The notes under the pieces were generated by a model. It saw nothing but the letters and a program-made list of their open reading frames with translations, was not told the DNA's origin and did not search any database. A stretch of DNA of 64,000 nt from Escherichia coli (lineage in GTDB: Bacteria > Pseudomonadota > Gammaproteobacteria > Enterobacterales > Enterobacteriaceae): the NCBI RefSeq assembly GCF_044324785.1, contig NZ_CP172127.1, one strand, 5' to 3'. Numbering within the stretch: the stretch's first letter is position 1; the number at the start of each line of letters is the position of its first letter. Position numbers and translations under genes: made by a program. Positions 35,819 through 44,937 of this stretch are shown piece after piece.

Positions 35819-37012
35819 ATGACTAAAGTGACACGCGCAGTAATTGTGGGAGGCGGGATCGGCGGTGCGGCAACTGCGTTGTCACTGGCCCGCCAGGGGA
35901 TCAAAGTGGTGCTGCTGGAAAAGGCGCATGAGATCGGTGAGATTGGCGCAGGTATCCAGTTGGGGCCAAATGCGTTTTCGGCGTTGGATAGCCTCGGCGT
36001 CGGCGAAATCGCCCGCCAGCGCGCGGTATTCACCGATCACATCACCATGATGGATGCGGTAAACGCCGAAGAAGTGGTGCGCATTGAAACCGGTCAGGCC
36101 TTTCGCGATCATTTCGGCGGCCCTTACGCGGTGATCCACCGGGTTGATATTCACGCCTCGGTGTGGGAAGCGGTACTGACGCATCCGGACGTGGAATATC
36201 ACACCTCCACCAACGTCGTGGATATTCGCGAGACAGAAGACGATGTCACCGTTTTCGACGATCGCGGCAATAGTTGGATCGGCGATATTCTGATTGGCTG
36301 TGACGGCGTGAAGTCAGTGGTGCGCCAGAGCTTATTGGGCGATGCGCCGCGTGTCACCGGGCATGTGGTCTACCGTGCGGTTATCGATTGTGCCGATATG
36401 CCGGAAGATTTGCGCATTAACGCACCAGTACTGTGGGCGGGGCCGTGCTGTCACTTGGTGCATTACCCTTTACGCGGCGGCAAGCAGTATAACCTGGTGG
36501 TGACATTCCACAGCCGCCAGCAGGAAGAGTGGGGCGTGAAGGATGGCAGTAAAGAGGAAGTGCTCTCTTACTTTGAAGGGATTCACCCCCGTCCGCGCCA
36601 GATGCTGGATAAACCGACCTCCTGGCGACGCTGGTCAACCGCCGACCGTGAACCGGTAGCGAAGTGGGGAACGAAGCGCATTACGCTGGTGGGCGATGCG
36701 GCCCATCCGGTGGCGCAGTATATGGCGCAGGGTGCCTGTATGGCGCTGGAAGACGCGGTAACACTGGGTAAGGCGCTGGCGCAGTGTGAGGGTGATGCGG
36801 CACAAGCCTTTGCGCTGTATGAGTCGGTACGTATTCCGCGCACCGCGCGCATCGTCTGGTCGACCCGTGAAATGGGGCGGGTTTATCATGCCGCAGGAGT
36901 AGAGCGCCAGGTACGTAACCTGTTGTGGAAAGGGAAATCGCAGGCAGAGTTTTACCGCGGCATGGAGTGGCTGTACGGCTGGAAAGAAGATAACTGTTTG
37001 CAACCACGCTGA
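35819..37012 (+). CDS. mhbM: 3-hydroxybenzoate 6-monooxygenase (FAD-dependent aromatic hydroxylase)
   Basis: 397 aa; Rossmann [19 protein letters not shown] and DG..S.VR flavoprotein hydroxylase motifs. Confidence 0.8.
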   Translation: MTKVTRAVIVGGGIGGAATALSLARQGIKVVLLEKAHEIGEIGAGIQLGPNAFSALDSLGVGEIARQRAVFTDHITMMDAVNAEEVVRIETGQAFRDHFGGPYAVIHRVDIHASVWEAVLTHPDVEYHTSTNVVDIRETEDDVTVFDDRGNSWIGDILIGCDGVKSVVRQSLLGDAPRVTGHVVYRAVIDCADMPEDLRINAPVLWAGPCCHLVHYPLRGGKQYNLVVTFHSRQQEEWGVKDGSKEEVLSYFEGIHPRPRQMLDKPTSWRRWSTADREPVAKWGTKRITLVGDAAHPVAQYMAQGACMALEDAVTLGKALAQCEGDAAQAFALYESVRIPRTARIVWSTREMGRVYHAAGVERQVRNLLWKGKSQAEFYRGMEWLYGWKEDNCLQPR

Positions 37013-37073
37013 GTACTTTAATCCGTTGACCATAGGCGCTAACATAGCGCCTCATTTTTTTGCGGGTGATGAT

Positions 37074-38021
37074 ATGCGTGTGTTACTGGCTCCGATGGAG
37101 GGTGTGCTTGACTCTCTGGTGCGTGAATTGCTGACCGAAGTTAACGACTACGATCTGTGCATCACCGAGTTTGTCCGCGTGGTGGATCAACTGCTGCCGG
37201 TAAAAGTCTTTCATCGCATTTGCCCTGAGCTACAAAACGCCAGCCGGACACCATCCGGTACGCTGGTGCGCGTGCAGTTGTTAGGTCAGTTCCCACAATG
37301 GCTGGCAGAGAATGCCGCCCGTGCGGTCGAGTTAGGTTCCTGGGGCGTGGATCTCAATTGCGGCTGCCCGTCGAAAACGGTTAACGGTAGCGGCGGTGGG
37401 GCGACGTTACTCAAAGATCCTGAACTCATCTATCAGGGTGCAAAAGCGATGCGCGAAGCTGTACCGGCGCATTTGCCCGTAAGCGTAAAAGTGCGTCTGG
37501 GCTGGGACAGCGGTGAGAAGAAATTTGAAATCGCCGATGCGGTGCAACAGGCTGGCGCTACGGAGCTGGTGGTGCATGGGCGGACAAAAGAGCAGGGTTA
37601 CCGCGCGGAGCATATTGACTGGCAGGCGATTGGCGAGATTCGCCAGCGGCTGAATATTCCGGTGATTGCCAACGGTGAAATCTGGGACTGGCAGAGTGCG
37701 CAACAATGCATGGCGATCAGCGGCTGTGACGCAGTGATGATTGGTCGCGGGGCGCTCAATATTCCCAACCTGAGCCGGGTGGTAAAATATAACGAACCGC
37801 GAATGCCGTGGCCGGAGGTGGTTGCTTTGCTGCAAAAATATACCCGTCTGGAAAAGCAGGGCGATACCGGGTTATATCACGTTGCGCGGATTAAACAGTG
37901 GTTGAGTTATTTGCGTAAAGAATACGATGAAGCAACGGAATTATTTCAGCATGTTCGGGTGTTGAATAATTCCCCTGATATTGCAAGGGCTATTCAGGCA
38001 ATTGATATCGAGAAACTCTAA
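37074..38021 (+). CDS. dusC: tRNA-dihydrouridine synthase C
   Basis: ATG at 37074 gives 315 aa ([10 protein letters not shown]...); LNCGCPSK active-site motif; the ORF-track frame begins at an upstream TTG. Confidence 0.9.
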   Translation: MRVLLAPMEGVLDSLVRELLTEVNDYDLCITEFVRVVDQLLPVKVFHRICPELQNASRTPSGTLVRVQLLGQFPQWLAENAARAVELGSWGVDLNCGCPSKTVNGSGGGATLLKDPELIYQGAKAMREAVPAHLPVSVKVRLGWDSGEKKFEIADAVQQAGATELVVHGRTKEQGYRAEHIDWQAIGEIRQRLNIPVIANGEIWDWQSAQQCMAISGCDAVMIGRGALNIPNLSRVVKYNEPRMPWPEVVALLQKYTRLEKQGDTGLYHVARIKQWLSYLRKEYDEATELFQHVRVLNNSPDIARAIQAIDIEKL

Positions 38022-38040
38022 AAAACCATAGTGATGTTTT

Positions 38041-38067
38041 TTGACAATGTGTTAGCTCTTTATCAAT
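38041..38067 (+). promoter_or_regulatory. sigma70-like promoter in the IS left end (TTGACA -35, TATCAAT -10 region)
   Basis: Perfect -35 hexamer 20 bp after the dusC stop; the spacer is only 14-15 bp (shorter than the 17-bp optimum). Confidence 0.3.
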
Positions 38068-38069
38068 AG

Positions 38070-38250
38070 GCCGCACGGTTGTTTGGTGGCGTCAAAATCG
38101 CCGAGGCGTTCCCTGAAGGCCGGGGCAGCCCACATGGATGTGGGCTGAGGGCGCGTTTTACAGGGATAATGAGATGGACGCTCCAGATTTTACGGTATCA
38201 AAGTACCAGACTGGATCGTTGCAATACGTCCTGAAAAATTAGGAGCGTCC
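38070..38250 (+). ncRNA. Candidate structured ncRNA (bridge/guide-RNA-like) in the IS110 left end; speculative
   Basis: Downstream of the promoter-like motif; contains a 9-bp stem hairpin cagcccaca-tgga-tgtgggctg (38126-38147) and an inverted 10-mer. Confidence 0.25.
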
Positions 38251-38252
38251 AC

Positions 38253-39278
38253 ATGAAAGTATCAACTCTTGGTATCGACCTGGCAAAGAACGTTTTTCAG
38301 CTTCATGGTGTCGATCATGAAGGCCATACTATTTTGCGTAAAAAACTCACCCGGGCTAAGTTTGTTCAGTTTGTGATTCAACTGGAACCTTGTCTGATTG
38401 GCATGGAAGCCTGCTCATCCAGTCATTATTTTGCGCGATTATTCACCCGCTATGGTCATGAGGTAAAACTCATACCTCCGCAGTATGTGAAGCCTTATGT
38501 GAAAACGAACAAGACGGATGCAGCAGATGCTGAAGCAATCTGCGAAGCGGTAACCCGTCCGAATATGCGTTTTGTTCAGATAAAAACCGAAGAGCAGCAG
38601 GCCGTTTTAGCGTTACACACTGAACGGGGAATACTTATCCGTGAGCGGATTGCCTGTGCCAATAGTTTAAGAGCCACACTTGCTGAGTTTGGTATTACGA
38701 TTGCGGCCGGACAAAGCCATTTAACCCGTGAGCTGCCAGCCATTCTGGAGGATGGCGAAAATGGTTTATCTCCCTTTGTCAGAACCAGCATCTACAGACA
38801 GTCTAAACATATCCGGGAACTTGAAGAACAAGTTAAACAGGTAGAAGAAGCTCTGGCCTCCTGGTATAGAACGCAGGAAGCCTGCCAGAGAATGGCCAAA
38901 ATCCCGGGGGTTGGCATGCTAACGGCCACTTATGTGGTAGCAGCAGTGGGTAATGCCCGACAATTCAGTACCGCAAAGCAGTTCGCTTCATGGCTGGGGC
39001 TGACACCAAAGGAACATTCCAGCGGCGGGAAACAGCAACTGGGAGGGATCAGCAAACGTGGAGATGGATATTTCCGATACCTGCTGGTTCACGGCGCACG
39101 CGCACTTACCGCCTGGGTCAACCGAAACGGCGCGGTTGAGGAGAATTCCTGGCTTCAGGGACTCCTTGAGCGGAAGCACTACAATGTAGCTGTTGTCGCC
39201 ATGGCGGCAAAAACAGCGAGGATCATGTGGTCAATGTTGTCACACAATACTGAATATCAACCTCGGCAGCTCGCCTGA
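38253..39278 (+). CDS. IS110-family transposase/recombinase (DEDD RuvC-like N-domain plus C-terminal Tnp domain)
   Basis: 341 aa; N-terminal LGIDLAKN, GMEACSS, TDAADAEA motifs; C-terminal GLTPKEHSSGGK...GISKRGDGYFR; SD aggag. Confidence 0.85.
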   Translation: MKVSTLGIDLAKNVFQLHGVDHEGHTILRKKLTRAKFVQFVIQLEPCLIGMEACSSSHYFARLFTRYGHEVKLIPPQYVKPYVKTNKTDAADAEAICEAVTRPNMRFVQIKTEEQQAVLALHTERGILIRERIACANSLRATLAEFGITIAAGQSHLTRELPAILEDGENGLSPFVRTSIYRQSKHIRELEEQVKQVEEALASWYRTQEACQRMAKIPGVGMLTATYVVAAVGNARQFSTAKQFASWLGLTPKEHSSGGKQQLGGISKRGDGYFRYLLVHGARALTAWVNRNGAVEENSWLQGLLERKHYNVAVVAMAAKTARIMWSMLSHNTEYQPRQLA

Positions 39279-39638
39279 CACAAGGTCAGTCAATCTGACG
39301 AGGTGCTGAAAAAAAGTTAACGTCCTGGTAGGTGCAGGTGACTTCAGAAGATGGCAAAACAGGTAAGACCGCAGGCAGGATACACCGAGAGGTAACAAGG
39401 GCAAGTTAGCCCGTAGAGGATGATTGGTACCTGCCTGGCGGATTTCATCATGGTTCGGGATAAAAATCCCATCAGAAACCGGATATATGGCTGCACCTAC
39501 CCGTTTTATTACATAACTGAAGAAAGCATTGCATTCCGGGAGCGTCCATATATGTTACCTCGCGCCCGACCCGGTAGCCGTAAGGGATAAGCCGAGGGCA
39601 CCGCGCAGCGGCGATTTTGTTCGCCAGAGCCCGGGGGT

Positions 39639-39670
39639 GCAGGGGGCGGCGGCGATTGGCCGCCCCCTGC
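39639..39670. repeat. GC-rich perfect 12-bp-stem palindrome (gcagggggcggc-N8-gccgccccctgc)
   Basis: Read directly; no flanking U-tract; possibly a REP/BoxC-like host element or IS-associated structure. Confidence 0.5.
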
Positions 39671-39779
39671 GCGCTCCTTGCGCCAGTGATTATATGAAGC
39701 AATGCACATGACAGGAGCGCAACAGGATGAGAGACTGAAATATTCTCGTTATTTTCGGATCTGATGACATTAATTAATT

Positions 39780-39863
39780 TTAAAATATCATCTTAAATAC
39801 GCCAGTCACCACCAGTAGCCCAATCAGGAAAATAATCAATACAGCCCAGAGTATAATTTTCAT
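39780..39863 (-). CDS. yohP: Small (27 aa) single-TM membrane protein
   Basis: Hand translation of the minus strand: MKIILWAVLIIFLIGLLVVTGVFKMIF-stop; below the 60-aa ORF-track cutoff; matches my recollection of K-12 YohP. Confidence 0.75.
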   Translation of the reverse strand: MKIILWAVLIIFLIGLLVVTGVFKMIF

Positions 39864-40086
39864 TGGCGTTCCTTTATTTGTGAGTGCTGAATAAGTATAG
39901 GAAAAAACGAAGTCCTTTGCCGTTATCCATAAACGATTAAGATAAATCGGAAGATATCATTCACTTAGTGTATATTTTTCTGGATATGTCATATTATTGC
40001 CACTGATGTTTTGCCACGCGAAACTAAAAAATATATCGCAACACACGGTAATCTCCGCGCACCTTTTCTTACCTGATTATTCCCCC

Positions 40087-41523
40087 ATGAATCGTGATTC
40101 CTTTTATCCCGCCATCGCCTGTTTTCCGCTGTTACTGATGCTGGCCGGGTGTGCGCCTATGCATGAAACCCGCCAGGCGTTAAGCCAGCAAACGCCTGCT
40201 GCACAAGTTGACACCGCATTACCCACGGCGCTGAAAAATGGTTGGCCAGACAGCCAATGGTGGCTGGAGTATCACGATAATCAGCTCACTTCCTTAATTA
40301 ACAATGCACTACAGAACGCACCGGATATGCAGGTGGCTGAACAGCGCATTCAGCTAGCTGAAGCCCAGGCGAAGGCAGTTGCTACTCAGGATGGTCCGCA
40401 GATCGACTTTTCTGCGGATATGGAGCGGCAAAAAATGTCGGCAGAAGGGTTAATGGGGCCGTTTGCTCTGAACGATCCTGCCGCAGGTACGACCGGTCCG
40501 TGGTACACCAACGGTACTTTTGGCTTAACGGCGGGCTGGCATCTCGATATCTGGGGAAAGAATCGGGCGGAGGTAACTGCTCGCCTGGGTACGGTTAAAG
40601 CACGAGCGGCGGAACGCGAGCAAACCCGCCAATTGCTGGCTGGCAGCGTAGCCCGCCTGTACTGGGAGTGGCAAACCCAGGCGGCGTTAAACACTGTCTT
40701 ACAGCAAATCGAAAAAGAGCAGAACACCATTATCGCCACCGATCGCCAGCTATATCAGAACGGGATTACTTCTTCAGTTGAAGGTGTGGAAACCGATATT
40801 AATGCCAGCAAAACCCGGCAGCAGCTCAACGATGTCGCGGGGAAAATGAAAATTATTGAGGCACGGTTAAGCGCACTTACAAATCACCAGACAAAGTCAC
40901 TGAAGCTTAAACCGGTCGCGTTGCCGAAAGTGGCAAGCCAGCTTCCTGATGAACTGGGGTACTCCTTACTGGCGCGGCGGGCAGATTTGCAGGCGGCGCA
41001 CTGGTACGTTGAGTCATCGTTAAGCACCATTGATGCGGCAAAAGCGGCATTTTATCCTGACATCAACCTGATGGCCTTCCTGCAACAGGATGCGTTGCAC
41101 TTAAGCGATCTGTTCCGTCATTCCGCGCAGCAAATGGGCGTTACGGCAGGCCTGACGCTACCCATTTTCGATAGTGGTCGTCTTAACGCCAATCTCGATA
41201 TCGCAAAAGCCGAAAGCAACTTGTCTATCGCCAGCTACAACAAAGCGGTGGTTGAAGCGGTGAATGACGTGGCGCGGGCAGCCAGTCAGGTTCAGACACT
41301 GGCGGAGAAAAACCAGCATCAGGCGCAAATTGAGCGCGATGCCTTGCGTGTAGTTGGTCTTGCGCAGGCGCGCTTTAACGCGGGCATCATTGCCGGTTCC
41401 CGCGTCAGCGAAGCCAGAATCCCGGCGCTTCGCGAGCGGGCCAATGGCCTGTTATTGCAAGGGCAGTGGCTGGATGCCTCCATTCAACTCACTGGTGCGT
41501 TGGGCGGGGGTTACAAACGCTGA
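40087..41523 (+). CDS. mdtQ: Outer-membrane efflux lipoprotein (OMF/NodT family), apparently intact
   Basis: ATG at 40087 gives 478 aa with lipobox LLMLAGC; uninterrupted frame. Confidence 0.8.
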   Translation: MNRDSFYPAIACFPLLLMLAGCAPMHETRQALSQQTPAAQVDTALPTALKNGWPDSQWWLEYHDNQLTSLINNALQNAPDMQVAEQRIQLAEAQAKAVATQDGPQIDFSADMERQKMSAEGLMGPFALNDPAAGTTGPWYTNGTFGLTAGWHLDIWGKNRAEVTARLGTVKARAAEREQTRQLLAGSVARLYWEWQTQAALNTVLQQIEKEQNTIIATDRQLYQNGITSSVEGVETDINASKTRQQLNDVAGKMKIIEARLSALTNHQTKSLKLKPVALPKVASQLPDELGYSLLARRADLQAAHWYVESSLSTIDAAKAAFYPDINLMAFLQQDALHLSDLFRHSAQQMGVTAGLTLPIFDSGRLNANLDIAKAESNLSIASYNKAVVEAVNDVARAASQVQTLAEKNQHQAQIERDALRVVGLAQARFNAGIIAGSRVSEARIPALRERANGLLLQGQWLDASIQLTGALGGGYKR

Positions 41524-41575
41524 TGATATGCGCCTTCTATACTTAACGTTTATTCAGCGTTAAGTGGAGAACTCG

Positions 41576-42337
41576 ATGGCACAGGTTGCGATTATTACCG
41601 CCTCCGATTCGGGGATCGGCAAAGAGTGCGCGTTATTACTGGCGCAGCAGGGGTTTGATATTGGTATTACCTGGCACTCAGATGAAGAAGGGGCAAAAGA
41701 TACCGCGCGTGAGGTAGTTAGCCACGGCGTACGTGCGGAGATCGTGCAACTGGATCTCGGCAATCTACCAGAAGGTGCGCAGGCGCTGGAGAAACTGATT
41801 CAACGGCTGGGGCGTATTGATGTGCTGGTGAATAATGCGGGTGCAATGACCAAAGCGCCGTTTCTTGATATGGCTTTTGATGAGTGGCGCAAGATTTTTA
41901 CCGTTGATGTCGACGGTGCATTCTTATGCTCGCAAATTGCGGCCCGCCAGATGGTGAAACAAGGGCAGGGCGGTCGCATCATCAACATTACGTCGGTACA
42001 TGAACATACGCCGCTGCCGGATGCCAGCGCCTACACAGCCGCTAAACATGCGCTCGGCGGGTTAACCAAAGCGATGGCGCTGGAGCTGGTCAGGCATAAG
42101 ATTTTGGTGAATGCGGTTGCACCTGGGGCGATCGCCACGCCAATGAACGGCATGGATGATGGCGACGTGAAGCCCGGCGCGGAGCCTTCGATTCCTCTGA
42201 GGCGTTTTGGCGCAACGCATGAGATTGCCAGCCTGGTAGCGTGGCTGTGCTCAGAGGGCGCAAATTACACCACCGGGCAGTCGTTGATAGTGGATGGCGG
42301 CTTTATGTTGGCGAATCCGCAGTTCAACCCAGAATAG
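41576..42337 (+). CDS. yohF: Short-chain dehydrogenase/reductase
   Basis: 253 aa from ATG at 41576 (SD gtggaga); TASDSGIGK cofactor motif and YTAAK catalytic motif. Confidence 0.88.
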   Translation: MAQVAIITASDSGIGKECALLLAQQGFDIGITWHSDEEGAKDTAREVVSHGVRAEIVQLDLGNLPEGAQALEKLIQRLGRIDVLVNNAGAMTKAPFLDMAFDEWRKIFTVDVDGAFLCSQIAARQMVKQGQGGRIINITSVHEHTPLPDASAYTAAKHALGGLTKAMALELVRHKILVNAVAPGAIATPMNGMDDGDVKPGAEPSIPLRRFGATHEIASLVAWLCSEGANYTTGQSLIVDGGFMLANPQFNPE

Positions 42338-42369
42338 CGCAGTGAGGTGCGTGGTTATTTCAATGGGTT

Positions 42370-42450
42370 AGGCCAGATAAGACACGCCAGCGTCGCATCA
42401 GGCATGGAACACTCGGTGCCGGATGTGGCGTGAATGCTTATCTGTGGCAA
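42370..42450. repeat. BIME: two REP elements in opposite orientation between convergent yohF and yohD
   Basis: ggccagataagacacgccagcgtcgcatcaggc and gccggatgtggcgtgaatgcttatctgtggc. Confidence 0.6.
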
Positions 42451-42455
42451 CTGCT

Positions 42456-43034
42456 TTACGCTTGATTATCCGGCTTTTTCTTCCCGCGCCGTTTCAGCCA
42501 CCAGCGCACGCCTACCACCAGAACCACGACCAGAATCAACCAGACCCAGTGCTTCAAATGCTGGTCGAGATTGTGCAACCATGGCGCAATCACCTGACCA
42601 CCAGCGTAACCGATAGTGGTAAAAATCAACGCCCAGGCAAATGCGCCGAGGATATTCAGTGGCAGAAAGATTTTCGGCGGCAGCTGGCTGGCACCAATCA
42701 GCGTCGGGCCAATCACCCGAAAGCCATACATAAAACGCGTACCAATGACAAACAGATACGGATGGCGCTGGATAAGTTTCTGCGCCCGCTCAATTTTATC
42801 CTGATGTTTCGAGAAACGGCGTAACAGCTTGCCGCCAAACCGCCGCCCGCACAGATAGAGCACCTGGTCGCCAATCATGCCGCCAAGCGCCACAGAAAGT
42901 ACCACCAGCGGGAACTTTAATAGCCCCTGATGTGCCGCAACGCCTCCCAGCAAAGTCACGGTTTCACCTTCCGCCAGGCTACCGATCACCAGCGCGGCAT
43001 AACCATATTGTGAGATGAGTGTATTGAGATCCAT
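42456..43034 (-). CDS. yohD: DedA-family inner membrane protein
   Basis: ATG at 43034 gives 192 aa. Confidence 0.85.
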   Translation of the reverse strand: MDLNTLISQYGYAALVIGSLAEGETVTLLGGVAAHQGLLKFPLVVLSVALGGMIGDQVLYLCGRRFGGKLLRRFSKHQDKIERAQKLIQRHPYLFVIGTRFMYGFRVIGPTLIGASQLPPKIFLPLNILGAFAWALIFTTIGYAGGQVIAPWLHNLDQHLKHWVWLILVVVLVVGVRWWLKRRGKKKPDNQA

Positions 43035-43203
43035 AGGCCAGTCTGTCTCCCTTTGGTTGCCTGTAAGCATACACCCTGTGAATCATTCACGCTGAAAAAG
43101 GACGTACATCAGACGGTGCAAATTACATGGGCGAACAAAAAATAATCACAAGCTGGCTTATACTTGAACTGTCAGGTTCATGAACTCACAACAAGGGGGC
43201 GGT

Positions 43204-43791
43204 ATGAGCCATGTCTGGGGACTGTTTTCCCATCCCGATCGTGAAATGCAGGTGATTAATCGCGAAAACGAAACGATTTCTCACCATTACACCCACCACG
43301 TTTTGCTGATGGCGGCGATTCCGGTGATTTGCGCCTTCATTGGCACCACACAAATTGGCTGGAATTTTGGCGATGGCACTATCCTGAAGTTATCCTGGTT
43401 TACCGGACTGGCGCTGGCTGTCTTGTTTTATGGCGTTATGCTGGCTGGGGTCGCGGTGATGGGGCGGGTCATCTGGTGGATGGCGCGCAATTATCCGCAA
43501 CGTCCATCACTTGCGCACTGCATGGTCTTCGCGGGCTACGTTGCAACTCCGCTGTTTTTAAGCGGTCTGGTGGCGCTTTATCCGCTGGTCTGGTTGTGTG
43601 CGCTGGTCGGCACGGTGGCGCTGTTTTACACCGGCTACCTGCTTTACCTCGGTATTCCGAGCTTCCTGAATATCAACAAAGAGGAAGGCCTTAGCTTCTC
43701 CAGTTCGACGTTGGCGATAGGCGTGCTGGTGCTGGAAGTGCTGCTCGCCCTTACCGTTATACTATGGGGTTACGGTTATCGTTTGTTCTAG
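43204..43791 (+). CDS. yohC: Yip1-family inner membrane protein
   Basis: ATG at 43204 gives 195 aa (MSHVWGLFSHP...). Confidence 0.85.
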   Translation: MSHVWGLFSHPDREMQVINRENETISHHYTHHVLLMAAIPVICAFIGTTQIGWNFGDGTILKLSWFTGLALAVLFYGVMLAGVAVMGRVIWWMARNYPQRPSLAHCMVFAGYVATPLFLSGLVALYPLVWLCALVGTVALFYTGYLLYLGIPSFLNINKEEGLSFSSSTLAIGVLVLEVLLALTVILWGYGYRLF

Positions 43792-43806
43792 AAAGTTCTT
43801 TTGTGT

Positions 43807-43836
43807 TGCATTGCTGGCGTAAATGTCAGCAATGCA
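43807..43836 (+). terminator. Hairpin (10-bp stem tgcattgctg/cagcaatgca) 16 nt after the yohC stop; weak U-tract
   Basis: Inverted repeat read directly. Confidence 0.35.
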
Positions 43837-43964
43837 GCATTTCCTCACGATTCTCCTTTGACGATCGCACTTTTTGCTCGTTATGATGGCGTCGCTAGCC
43901 TCAGTAAATCCTTACTCCGGCGGTGCGCAACCTGTGCGCGTGAACCACTATCTGAATGCTCATC

Positions 43965-44897
43965 ATGCCGAAATTTCGAGTTTCTTTATTTAGCCTGGCC
44001 CTGATGCTGGCTGTGCCTTTTGCACCGCAGGCCGTTGCGAAAACGGCAGCCGCTACCACCGCTTCACAGCCGGAAATTGCCTCCGGTAGCGCGATGATTG
44101 TTGATCTGAATACCAACAAAGTGATCTATTCGAACCACCCGGATCTGGTGCGTCCGATTGCGTCTATCAGCAAATTAATGACCGCGATGGTCGTGCTGGA
44201 TGCGCGACTGCCGCTGGATGAAAAACTAAAAGTGGATATCAGCCAGACGCCGGAGATGAAAGGGGTCTATTCGCGCGTACGACTGAATAGCGAAATCAGC
44301 CGTAAAGATATGCTGTTGCTGGCGCTGATGTCTTCAGAAAACCGCGCGGCGGCAAGCCTTGCGCACCATTATCCCGGTGGTTACAAAGCCTTTATTAAGG
44401 CGATGAATGCGAAAGCGAAATCGCTCGGAATGAACAACACGCGCTTTGTTGAACCGACCGGATTGTCGGTGCATAACGTTTCAACCGCCCGTGACTTAAC
44501 CAAACTGCTCATTGCCAGCAAACAATATCCGTTGATCGGGCAGTTAAGTACTACCCGGGAAGATATGGCAACCTTCTCTAACCCGACGTATACGCTGCCG
44601 TTCCGCAATACTAATCATCTGGTGTATCGCGATAACTGGAATATCCAGCTAACCAAAACCGGCTTTACCAATGCGGCGGGCCATTGTCTGGTGATGCGTA
44701 CGGTTATCAATAATAAACCGGTGGCGCTGGTAGTGATGGATGCGTTTGGCAAATATACCCATTTTGCCGATGCCAGCCGCCTGCGTACCTGGATTGAGAC
44801 CGGTAAAGTGATGCCTGTTCCGGCAGCAGCGTTGAGCTATAAAAAACAAAAAGCCGCCCAGATGGCGGCGGCGGGGCAGACGGCGCAGAACGATTAA
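43965..44897 (+). CDS. pbpG: D-alanyl-D-alanine endopeptidase (PBP7)
   Basis: 310 aa from ATG at 43965 (alternative ATG at 43956); signal peptide; SxxK active site in ASISKLMTA. Confidence 0.88.
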
Positions 44898-44904
44898 GTG
44901 AAGT

Positions 44905-44937
44905 ACGGATGGCGATACTCTGCCATCCGTAATTTTT
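44905..44937 (+). terminator. Rho-independent terminator (acggatggc-N8-gccatccgt then aattttt), shared by convergent pbpG and dld
   Basis: 9-bp stem plus T-run; the dld stop overlaps the T-run. Confidence 0.7.

Larger units (their letters stand above)
38040..39560 (+). mobile_element. IS110-family insertion sequence (boundaries approximate; no terminal inverted repeats expected)
   Basis: DEDD-type transposase ORF with about 210 bp of structured non-coding left end; the right boundary is a guess, placed just after the third GGAGCGTCCA copy (39539-39548) and before the GC-rich palindromic block that may be host sequence; not part of the dusC-yohP interval in K-12 as I recall it. Confidence 0.5.

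Noticed and set aside
39472-39711. Small ORFs of 60-76 aa on both strands in the IS-flanking region
   Set aside because: They overlap each other in a GC-rich palindromic segment and have Arg/Pro/Gly-rich translations; more likely structured non-coding DNA
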